This document shows positions 49,738 through 61,200 of a stretch of 64,000 nucleotides of DNA, in pieces (position 1 is the first letter of the stretch; the number at the start of each line of letters is the position of its first letter). The notes under the pieces were generated by a model. It searched no databases and was not told the DNA's origin. It saw only the letters and a list, made by a program, of their open reading frames with translations. Source of the DNA: Moniliella sp. 'wahieum' (Eukaryota); contig RSEE01000111.1 in NCBI GenBank assembly GCA_003971905.1, forward strand, positions 62,001 through 126,000, in the 5' to 3' direction. A program made the translations under genes and the position numbers.

Positions 49738-49746
49738 ACAAAGGGA
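49738..49746 (+). promoter_or_regulatory. Pheromone response element ACAAAGGGA upstream of pheromone copy 3
   Basis: Exact match to the PRE consensus. Confidence 0.65.
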
Positions 49747-50217
49747 ATTATTTTTCGACCCAACAGCAGCCAACAGTCATATTGAAGGAAGTATATGTAG
49801 CTGAAAACCTTGGATTGGCGTATGAAAATATGGCTCAAGGCCTTCACTGCCAGTGGGGGTGAACGCGGTGAACGAGATTCGCTCCACCCACCCCGAACAG
49901 AAAGGGCGGACCTTCCGAAAGAGATTTGGAACTTCCGAAAGAGGGAGAGTCGACTTGCCGATACACCCTGCGTTCCAGCAACGTGGACATCGGTACGTCA
50001 CAGCAAACCTGGCGTGTAAAAGGAGCCGCGGGGGTTCCGGCTCAAGAGATAGGAACAGAGGATAGTATACTCTGCTATTAGGGACAGTGCACTGCTATTT
50101 AAGAACTCATTTTCCACAATGCCGGACGCACATCACCACTACCCTCACCCACTCTTGTCTCTCCTCTTCAGCCTCTGCCGACGCGCATCATCACACCTTA
50201 CCTTAACTTCCATCAAG

Positions 50218-50406
50218 ATGTCTCTTTTCACCATGTTCACCATCCCTACCAACACGATGGCGGCCGAGCCTATTGGCCCTGACCAGGACCCGAGTATGTA
50301 ACGCAGCTCCGTTTGGTCTGATTCGACTGCCCCCCGACCGTATGTTACTAACACTGTGCTGTTTGCACGCCCAGCTGGTTCCATGACTGGCTGTGTCATT
50401 GCCTAG
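50218..50406 (+). CDS. mfa: Pheromone precursor, copy 3: MSLFTMFTIPTNTMAAEPIGPDQDPTGSMTGCVIA
   Basis: Exons 50218-50293 and 50375-50406; 81-nt intron with a canonical TACTAAC branch point; intact CAAX. Confidence 0.93.
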
Positions 50407-51025
50407 AGGGGCTTTCTGGTAAAGCCCTCCCAATGCCACGGCAGGTCAATCCCCAATCCTCCTTCACTGCTGTTAGTCAGCTTAGGCATATCAGCAGTTC
50501 TCTCTTGGCATCCCTATAGTTGATGCTCATGTCTGCGCCTGTTTGGCCCGCTGAGATGCTGAGAGGCATGCACCATGATGTGTTTGTCTTTCAGTCTCTT
50601 CTAGCGCGGCCCTGGTACTTCATCTATCCATTTCCTCATCCCTTTTCCTTTGTTTCTGCGCGTTGCTACAGTGAGGGTGATCCAATGGAGGGTGTTTGCG
50701 ATAGTTATAGACGGGGTGAGGATTGTGATGCAGGGGTGGATGCGCTGTTGGTGTGCGATTGAGAGTCGGCGGTTGGCATTGCGAGTTGAGATGTTCGGTC
50801 TGAGAGAAAAAGGCGATGGTGGTGTTTTGAGCTGGCAAAGGCGCACTGCCATGTGGCACGCTGCCGGCGTCGGCACACGCGTGTGGCCTGCTGACGTAAG
50901 GGGTGGACGCGTGCGGGTGTTGGCTGTGCTGGTCTGCCTGGGACGCGCCACGCATTTCGCCATCGCCATCGCCACCGCCATCGCCACCGACTTCACCATC
51001 GTCTCTGCCATCCCCGCCGGGTTCC

Positions 51026-54000
51026 ATGTCGCGTCGGCACCAGACGCGTCCTCCCTCCCCCCGCCGCAGCTGGGCCTGGGCGCCGCGCCGATGCGCACGC
51101 CCGTCGCCTCCTCTGCCCCCCGTCTCCCGTCGCGCGCTGCCTCCGCGAGCCTCGGCCGCCGTGCACGCGGCAGCCTGGTCGGCCACACGCGCAGCGCCAG
51201 CGGCGCCAGCACCAGCACCAACCTCAGCGCCAGCCGTGGCATGCGCTTCCCGCGGTTGTCCGCCCTCGACCTGCCCCCATCCTCCCCCGTGGCTGACGCA
51301 GCGGCCGAGCTGTCGAGCGTGCTGGGCGTCGTGTCCTTTGCCGCGGACCGCGTCCTGCGCGAGTACCTCGCGTTTGACCCCCACTTCCATCTCTCCGCTC
51401 TTTGGCGCCAGTGGCTCGCGTTTGCCACTGTCAAGCAGACCCAGCTCTCCCCACTGCCGACTTTTTCTTCGAGTTTGTCGACCTGCCACGTCTCGCCAAC
51501 ATCTGGGCCCTGCCTTCTCACGCGCTTCCTCCGGCTGCCGCGACGGCTGTCCACAAGGCCAATTGTGCCACACTGCTCCATTTTGCCTGGCAGCTTCCTG
51601 AACTCCCAAGCCTGATCCAGAGCTCGATCCAGACGGCTCGGCTGCCGCCAGAGAGGCACAGTACTTTGACCCAGACCTGCTCGATGCACCGCTCCAGGTG
51701 CGGGACGATAGCCAACTTGCCATCACTCCCCGCCACTTTCTTCTTCACGTGATTCCAGCTCATTGGCCCTCCATCGATGCCCCAATTGTCAACGCCTACT
51801 TTTTCCTCCGCATTCGTTACACACCTCTCTCCCAGATCGTCCATGCGCTCCGAGGGTTGGACGAGAGGGTAATGACCCATCACCAAACGCGGGCTACCTG
51901 CCAAGCTGCTCTGGTTCAGGTTGGCAAGTCTTCAACTGTAGAACGTGACTGGGCTCAGCTGGTCCAAGCCGGTCGCCTCTCCACCGAAGAGCAAGCCAAT
52001 GCGGTCAATGAGGTCCTAGCGCTGATCAACGACTGGGTCGAAGCTGTGGAGGATATCCTGGTTCAGTACCTCGCTGCTCCCGCCTCCTCTTCTGATGCTA
52101 AAGTTGGCCAATTGGCGGCCGAGGAGATTACAGCAATTCTCCCGGTCGCACATGGGGCCGAGGAGTTGACGCTTCTCGTGCGCGAATTTTTGGAGCATCC
52201 CGAGTACCTCGACGCCCCCCCAGCCAACGAGCCTAGCTTCACCCTACCCAGCCGCTCTGTTCTTCGATCGGGACTCTCCTCGGCGCACTCTCGCCCGCCA
52301 CCTTCTTCAAGACGAGAGGTCCGGGCATCGTTGCCCCCGAACCTTCACCGCCAGAGATCCACCTCAGTCTCTTTTACCTTGCCCCACGTTCGGCCGTCAT
52401 CCGTTGCCCTCACTTCGCGTATTGGTGAGCGCATTCTGTTTGCCTCGGATGATGATGAGTTCACTTCGGCCCGGGCGGAGCAGCCGGATGCCAACGAGAC
52501 AGGTCTCAGTCGATCTCAGCGTCGCGCCATCCTCGAAGACTTGTCGAGCGACGAGGAAGAATCTGAGGTGGAGCAAGCCCAGTCAGACGCACCCAGTTCG
52601 GATGCCGAGCAAGCTCTGCCTGAAGCGACCCAGGACCCGGATGCACCTCATCCCGATATGGAGTCGGCATCGGAAATGTCCTCTGTTGCAGAAGACGTCG
52701 ACTCGGGCTCGGCTCTGCGTATTCCACCCCGACCCAAGGTCCCTCGTCCCCCGTCAGAGAAAGAGAGCCGCCGCGCCTGTCCAGGAGGAAGAGGCTGAAC
52801 CTGCCCCCATGCCCGAGAGCGACTACGACTATATCCCCCGTGAACAGCCTCAGGAGCGGGAGGCACGACCTAGCGTGGTACTCCCGCGCCGGCCACGGGC
52901 AGAACAAGGCGTGGCAAGACAACCCGAGGAGAGGCTGGCCTTTGGGCCCAACAATGAGCTTATTCGTACTACTGCGCCTCGTCCCCGCACCGGGCTCGTG
53001 AGTCGCCATCGAGGCCGAGGAGAAGAAAATGTGCAAGATCAAGAGCAGGGAAGAGACTCGTTTGATTCCCAAGGGGTGTGGCCCTCACCCTTTACCAAAC
53101 GCCGACTTACCAATGTCGAAAGTTCCACCCCCCTCGCCTCGCCCCAGCGTCGCCGTAAGAATCTGACCCAACCCGCAAAGAAGGCATCCAAAAGGCAGGA
53201 ACGCAGATTCGAGCGTTCTGATTCTGGTTCACGAGACGAGTCAGAGCAGCAGCCCCGGCCGAGTCATCACAACAGCCTCAAGAAGAAGAGTCCGAAAGGC
53301 TTGCGCCCCAGCCACCGCATCGAACCCGCCCTACATCCGCATCGGCAAGTACTGCCACTGGCCAAGTCAAAGCTTCAGGCCGAAGGAGCCAGCAGAGAGA
53401 TGCCGAACTGGTCCAAAGGTTATCGCTTGAGCAACGGAGGCAAGTGCTTCTCAGTATGATGGACGAGTCAGATGTGTTGGAGTTCGATTCCCAGCCTTTA
53501 TCCGAATCCCAAGGATCAATTGGGAACCAAGGGCGCACTGGGGCCACAAGATCTGCTGAGATGGCCCTAGGGTCGCAAGCCTCCCCCGAGCCTCAACAGG
53601 ATGAGGAGGTGCGTCCTGCACCGGCACCTCCAGCACTCCCAGACTTGGGGAACATCGAGAACGATGGAGGCGCGCTAGAGTTTACCACTCTCGATATAGA
53701 ATTTCCGCCGCTTGAGGACGCCCCCGAGCCGCCTGGAGAACAGGAGGACCAGCCATTGCCTGTTTCGCCCCCTCCACGGGACACTCCTCTTGTCGATTCA
53801 GGGCGTCGTGCGGCGACGCGTCCTGTGGCACCCGTCACAGAAGAGACGGAAGGAGGTTTCGAAGAATGAATTTGCTGAGAGGGTGCAGCTGGAACACACG
53901 CATCAATTGGGAGAGGGAAGGGGCCGAGCAGCTGCACTCGGGGGGAGGCTGCCCCATGCCTCAAAGATTATGACCCCCCAAGAAATGCAGAGGAATATCC

Positions 54001-55277
54001 GACACCTCATGGAAGCTAAGGAACTTGCTGACCGCGGACAGAGGTGGGCCTATGTTCCCCCCACTCGTACCGATCCTCCGCGGCCCAAGGTTTCCATCCG
54101 CCAGGCACCCCCGACAGCCTCCACGCGTCCCCCGCATCTTGCTCCGCGGCGCGATCCCCCCGCTGGGTTCCGATCGATGGCAGGCCTGGGCCGTCAGAGG
54201 TGGACGGAGAAGGAGTCGGATACGTTGGTCAAGCGAGTGGCGTGGATCAGCTATTGGCTCGCCAGGGATGGTGGAGCATCGAGAGCAATCCCAACAATGG
54301 GAGAGAAGCGGATTTGGGGGCTGGTGCGCTACTACCACGGCACCAACGGCGTTTATGACCACTCTCTCGTCCGTTTTGAACAGGGCACACGCTTCCGCGA
54401 TCGCGTTCGCACGCTGCTCGATGAGCAAATGAGCCGAGGACTGCCAGAACCGTGGTGGGTCAAGCGCTTTATGGGCTACAGTGAACACGTACGTCCTCTT
54501 TCCTTCAGTTTTTCATTTGGATATGACCTAACCCTCCCACCACCAGCTACTTTTTAAGCAGGTCCGTCTTCAACAACGTGAGCGCCAGCGCGCCTGGGAC
54601 CTGCAGCACGGCGCTGACGTGTCGGATGAGGAGCTGCGCATGTCCTCCGACTCGGAGGCGGAGCGCATCCCTCTTGATGAGCTTACCCCGGAGCAGAGGC
54701 AGCTCCTTGAAATGCCGAGCTGGTCTGGGCGCGCGACTCGGAACCCCACCCCAAGCGGGAGCTTCTCCGGCTCTCTGCGGTTCATAACCAAGCCCAGGCC
54801 GGGATCCGGGTAATGGAGACGTTGGAAGAGCGTCGGCGGATCCTCCGGGGAAATGAGTCAGAAAACGAAGATCGTGGTTGGTTCTCTGAACTTGAAGAAA
54901 CCGACGGCGCAGATGGCTCCGAAGAGGAACAGGATGAGTTGGACGAAGGCAGTCAGGGGCAGCGGGAACAGGACCAGGACCAAGACCAAGATCAAGATCC
55001 TGATCAAGAAAAATTCCATGAAGAGCAAGACATGGAGGCAGACCAAGCCCCCGCTCGTCTTGGAACGGATCATTCCCAACGAAGTGATAGTCATGCCCGA
55101 CCCCGAGCCTCTTCTTCCCCTCCCCTGAACCTCCCACGACTGGTATGCAGCTTCGCTCCAGGGCCAACCCTTCTCAGTCGTCCCATCCGTCCCAGCTCAT
55201 CCCGGCCGCGGCCTCGGCCCCGGCCACGCCCAGCCACCGATGAGCCTCTTTCCAAGCGCCTGCGTCGGCGGGTTTAA
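51026..55277 (+). CDS. Large nuclear protein with a C-terminal telobox-like Myb domain (TRF2/Taz1/Tbf1-like), frameshifted
   Basis: RQRWTEKESDTLVKRV...IWGLVRYYHGTNGVYDHSLVRFEQGTRFRDRVRTLL (~54192-54420) resembles the fungal telobox pattern RxWTxEExxAL..WxxILxxxGxxG..LxxR..LKDKARNL. Helical N-terminal region and acidic disordered linker. Intron ~54489(GTACGT)-54561. Basic NLS-like end KRLRRRV*. Confidence 0.6.
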
Positions 55278-58200
55278 CCTTTGGCATTGCTCTCTCCCGC
55301 TCCTATGTTTGTGTCCCTTGTTTGATGTGATTGTTTTCTATTCTGTGATTCTTTTGTATTCTCGATCGCGATCCCCCTTTTGCCTGGGCAGGGAATACGA
55401 CTGGGACTGGCTCAGGTACAGGTGAGAAGTCCGGTTGCCCGTCAAAGGGTCTCAGGCACCCCAGACCCTTGGGCCGCAGCTGCAGCGTATATATGGAACG
55501 TGCGTGAAAGAGATTGGATTCAAGGTGGTGTATATGTATGCGAGAAAAGGACGAAGTATAAACTATTGCAGTGGCTCAGCGCCGAATGCGTTTGAAGGAC
55601 ACGTTCATGCGGACAAAGCGAAGTATGCTGGGCGCGGCTCAGTACCTCAATACTCAACAACACTGATTCAGTGGGCAGAATCAGCTAAGGGGACTGCAAT
55701 CTCTTCACGGCTTCGCGATGGGCAGGAGGAATCGGCGGATGGCTGGCGATATAAACGTTAAACTCTATGGTAGCTCTATTAACACGCGCCGATAAGATAA
55801 CAAAATCCAAACACCTGTCGAGACTGTCCCTGAATGTCTCCTATACCAACCTCCAACCCCTGTACGCGTTGTCCCGGCTACGCCAGTCACCTACTCCCCT
55901 CCTGTCTTTCTTCGGCACTCCACAGAGCCAGAACTCTCTCAGCTAGTGCCTGCTGGTGCTCTCATCAAACGCTCCTATCTACACGCTTTCAATAACGTTT
56001 TCACCAAACATCGTAGATCTCAGTTTGACTGACATGTTGACATCCGATCGGGGTGTTATCGTTATCAGCGCTCTCTGACAGCATTCAAGCTTTGAGTGAT
56101 GAGCGTGTGTGGCTCGTACAATTAGTTTATAGTCCTGCTGTTGCTTGTCACATCTGCCTATCACAAAAGCTCTTTTTTTGACGCGAGCACCCCTCTTGCT
56201 TCACCTTTGTGACTTGCCATGATCTAACACAAAACGAGATCGGGAAGCTGAGCCACCTCCGTAGTTTGGCTTGGACATTTAGTGGTGGCATGCCGAACAA
56301 AAGTGATTGGTGGGGGCTTTTACCACGGCGGATGGCAAATGATTAACCGTGGAACATGCTACTCGCACAGCTGTCTCCACAGAGAAAGGCTCTCTGATCG
56401 TTCCGACGACTGCTCATGCACTCATGCATCATGGAGACGTTGGTTCCAAAAGAAGCGGCACATGGCTGCAATTAAACCATGGCTTGTCCGGGAGGGGGGA
56501 TGTGCACGTTGGAAGCGAGTCAAGAACACGAGAAGTACGTGACGACGTGTGAAAATGATAAGGCACAGAGCCGTCTCGGCTCTGTGGAGACGCGTCGAAG
56601 GGAGATCACAGGTGAGGCCAGATCTTTTTATCGAGGTAGAGGCAGCATTGAGAAGAGATTGGTTGCCAGGATGTGGGAATCAGTATCTAGCGGTGAAAGG
56701 GTATTGCTCCCAAGTGCTAGAAGTGAATATATATGGCAGCTTGACCTGATTCAGGATCGACAAACAAAACAGGCAGTATCCATGGTATCGACAATGGAAG
56801 GGGATTGGTCAATCGCAGATAAGGGAACACAGAAAGGAGGGAGAAGAGCAGCGAGACCGATATCAAGCCGAGGAAAGAAAAGCGAAAGGGCGAGGGACTG
56901 GTTATAGACCGAATATAAGCTGGACGCACATAAAAAGTGGGATCGAGATCGGCGATAGTATCGCTAAACACAGCCGGGCGAAGATAAACGCAGGATAACT
57001 TAAAGATAAACAGAGGATTGATGTGGTGATAAGGCAGAAGAGAGTGGCGGGTGAATCTTCGTCACATGCCAGAAGGAGTAACTAAGAAGCCCAGCGGTGT
57101 AATCAGTTTGGTCGTTCAGTACATGAAAGAGATAGAGAGTGTAGAACGGCATTGACATTCCGTCTTTCCAATGCTTTTTTTCGTTTCTCTCTCTCGGCAT
57201 GGACGTTTACCTTTTCTCTCACTCTCGATTAGGCACTCTCACTTAGGCAAGCTGTAAGTTCATAAGTCACTTTCCCCGGGAGGCTATAAAATGCACTGTA
57301 GTCTCACCTTTCCCTATACGCTTTGACCACACCTATACTCCCTCCTTCCTTTCACGTTGAGCATATGCGTTGACTACCTCTGTTACTGTCATTCCTGAGT
57401 TATATTGATCGTCGCGACCACATATGCTTTCACCTTTATCGGCCACCTATAGTTATCGCCTTTGTACTTCCCACATAGGGTTCTCAGATCTCATGTCCTG
57501 TCTCGACGAGGGGTATACATCGACCTCTCGTAATAGGATGGAGATCAGGTCATGAAGAGACAAGGCAAAACCAAAAAGCCTCGAGACTACAGCTACTAGG
57601 GGAAGTGGCTGTTGGTTGGGCAGAGACCTTTTAGTGGAGGTCCCTCACAGTTTCCACGTGATGTGCGAGGTATTGACAGGCTGCCAGACCTGAGATCTCG
57701 GAGCCAACTGGACCTTCAAGCGCTTCAAAAGGGAAACATTATGAGCGCACCGGCACGGTCCTTGTTGAGTGTTGTGTTGGTCAGTAACACGATCCCCCCA
57801 AGCACTGATCGCCGTGTGTGCAATAAGCTGAACGCTCACATACGCCTCCGATCGGTCAGATCGGTGGCATACTGCTCTTACGGCAAAAAGGTGAGGAGAC
57901 GATGTCGATGATGCAGAGCCCCCACCACGCTTGTGTGGGGTTAAGCTCCAAGACGTTTGGGGGCAGACGTGTGTCAGAGTAGGGTGATGGATGTCGATGA
58001 TCTGAGCCCAGATCGCCCGATCCGGCAGGAGGCAGCAGTGCACTGGTCTCATCAACTCGAGCGATCCCTTGCTAACTGACTATCCACTTTTGTCCATCGA
58101 ACCGCATTCTATTCTTCTCGTTCCACCATCGCGGTTCTAAGACTCTGGCCACCGCTCTGGGAGTTCAACACACGCGCTCTGAAGAAGGCTCAGCAGGGCT

Positions 58201-61200
58201 CATCAGCAGCTTTTAACCACTGAGCTTGAGAGCGCGCTGAGCTCAGACTGAGCTCTCAGCACCAGGCTCAGTCTACTAGTAGAGAGAGCACGATCCATGG
58301 TATCTGAAGTGTCCCCAACACATGATCCACTGCATGTGTGTACAGATGGTTGTGGTTCGTGGGGATGGAGAGAAGGAACGCATCCGGCCTCAGCGCACTC
58401 AGCATCAGTGTCACAAAATGGCACGAGGTCTGATGCGTTTCTTTCGTGCTGAGAGCCTCAGCGCTGAGGGTCAGCGATGGGGCTCATCGCTCCGAGCTCA
58501 GCTACCATGCATATGAGTGTTTTTCTTATTGACTTTACTTCCTGCTGACTGCACTTCCTAGTGCATATATTTGTCGGTCGGGTTGGTCCACACCCCGGAT
58601 TTGCATACCCAGCACACGCCGTGCTTTAGCGCGTATTGCGCTCAGCCTGAGCACTCAATAACAGGTAAGTGTTCGTGAGGTACTTTCGGGCTGTGTGGGG
58701 TACAGGTAGTGGTGCGTGACCGGGGCACAGTGCATGACCAACGAAGCTTTTGATGGGGCGATGCGTGGCGTCACCTGGCGGCCTTACGCGGTCTGATGTC
58801 GCTCTGAGATCTGAGCCTTTCTGAGGTCTAGGGACGCCTGAGTCGCGGGTGCGTCTGAACGTGAACGTTGAACGTTAACCTAAACTCTGATTGGATCGCT
58901 GTGGTCTATGACCCAAGCATGCACTGATTGGATGAACATGAACTGCACTCACATTCTTAATGGCAACAATGACCCAAAATCTACCATGAGAGAAGAGAAA
59001 CCCCAATCTGAGAGGTGTGCTCATACGTGAGGTCATGACGGCCGCGATGAGGTCGTCGGTGGCAACTCTTCAGCCCTGTTACGTGTTATGCCGCTCATAT
59101 GAGGCCATGCGGACTGCCCCACTTGGGCCCATATATGCCCTGTTTTGCACGTTTTGGACCCGTTCTAGTATCCCTCCCATTAACACCCTCTCGCGGTCAT
59201 TTCCTCAGACTCAGACAGGCTTCAAGCTTCAAGCTTCACTCCGCCCCCGCGTCTCACTGACATTGTTTAGCGTTGAACTTAGCCCTCTTTTATGGAGACT
59301 CTCCGACGAGCCTTGCTGGTTATACCGATTTAGCGCTTACCCCACATTTGCTGTGATGTGGTTGTGGCCAATTGTAGTTGCGGCGGTGGCCGTACAGTTA
59401 AACTGTTCTACGTGTAACTAGTAACTATTAACTGCGCCACACAATTGGGCTGCGGTCGTGTCCTGGCTGCCGGATATGCCGGGTATATACTGGGCACCGC
59501 TACCCCGCTTTGGGTGGCCAATATCCTATCCCATCGCAGTCAGTACCTAGCACGACGGGGTTCTACTCTACTACTACTGCGGCGGGAGGATGGGGGCCCT
59601 GGTCACTGGGCACATGTCGGACCATGTCAAAACGTCAATGAATACGGAATCGTCCCGCATCATGCATCGCACTGAATATCCTCCAACATGTAAGCATGCA
59701 GTACCTGATGCGAACGTGTCAGTTTCTCGATGTAGCACCTCGTAGCGGCCCCTGGTCGACTGGTCGAATCGTCCCTCCACATCCCCACTGACCTTGAAGC
59801 TTGAAGCTCTTTAAGCTTGAAGCATGACCGGTCCGGTGACCGGCCGTGGCAAGCCGCGGCTTTGGCGCAGGCACCTCAGACACTGGAGAGTTGGACGTTA
59901 GGTGGGTGGGGGCTGGAGGGCGGTGTGGGGTTTAGAAGCGGGCACCAGGGTCTGTTGGTTCGGGACCTATATCGTGTCGAACGTCCACATGCCTCCACAG
60001 CGCCTCTAGCACCTAGCTTGCGTTGCCCCCCCCCACCCGCCACCCGCCACCCGCCATTCGTACCGTGCATGGCGAAGGTGGTGCCACGACCACCAGTAGC
60101 TTGTAGTACCTTGTACCGTACCGGGTACCTTTCTCCGTTTTACTCGCACCAGGCTGCGCCGGGCTGAGCTAGCGCGGAGCTCAGCTGGGCCCCAGCCGAC
60201 GAGCTTGAAGCTTAACGTCTTCATCAATCCTTGTAATCGAGTAATCCCTGTAATCCCTGTGCGCGGTCATCGATCATCTCATCATCTAGCGGATTACGGA
60301 TGGTACGGCACTAATCAAGGCACCCTGATGCACCCCAAACCACCGCGGACCCGCCCCACCCCACAAGCACGTGTTGCGATGGGCAGGCTTGACGCGTGGA
60401 GGAGATGACAGCATGATGACAGCACTGCGTCTGGCGTAACACTTGCGCTGATGGAAGGTGGGACACCGATGCGCAGCCACGTGCGGCAGCGTCGTAGTGG
60501 ACCAACCACATCCCCTGCACCCCTGGCGCCATCAGTCTCTGCCAGCCTGAAGCTTCAAGCTTCAATGATTGGGCGCTCAGACTGAGCACGGCGCACTACT
60601 GGGTCGAGATTGGGATGGAGTGATGGTGAGATCTGCCATCTGCCATCTGAGATCTGACGCGCGGATGGCGCGTAAGCGGGACAGCGGGGGGGGTTCTGAT
60701 CGAACTGATCCGAGTAACGCCTGCGAGCATCAGGCGTTGCTTGGTGCGTGCCATCATGCAACACGTGTCACACATCACGTGTTTCCATGTCATGCATGTC
60801 ATGCATGTCGCATGTCGCATGTCGCATGTGCATGCTTGATCACCAATCACCGACCATTGCATCATCCATCATCCTCAGACGTCACGCATCACACGTTACA
60901 GAACATCTCGATCAGCGATCGATCACTAACACTAAGGTACTAAGTACTAACTGGCTAGGGTTATCGATCATCGTGCATCATGCATCATGCATCATGTCGG
61001 TCTGAATAGGGTTTGCCCTGGTCTGTAACCAGGTAACGTGTAACCTTCTGTAGCCTGCAACATGCAACTCTGGTTAAGAAAAGAAAGCCACCGACTCAGA
61101 TGGACCCGCCGCCCACACTGGCTTGCATCTTTTGGCCAAGCCAGGTCCCTGTGCACCACACCAAAGTCGCGCAACCCGCATGACGATCTCCTTCTGCGCC

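Larger units (their letters stand above)
49622..50615 (+). repeat. Pheromone cassette repeat, copy 3 (3'-truncated before the poly-C)
   Basis: Near-identical to 42313-43255; similarity stops at ctagcgcggccc..ggt; TATTTAAG at 50096. Confidence 0.92.

Noticed and set aside
42313..50615. The two ~1-kb direct repeats as LTRs of the copia element
   Set aside because: They contain intact spliced pheromone genes with promoters, lack TG..CA termini and PBS/PPT adjacency, and have a third copy beside STE3.
56430..56465. RRWFQKKR resembling homeodomain helix 3 (possible bE/bW HD gene)
   Set aside because: It lacks the invariant Asn of WFxNxR, the upstream helix spacing does not fit, and the ORF is short with non-coding-like composition.
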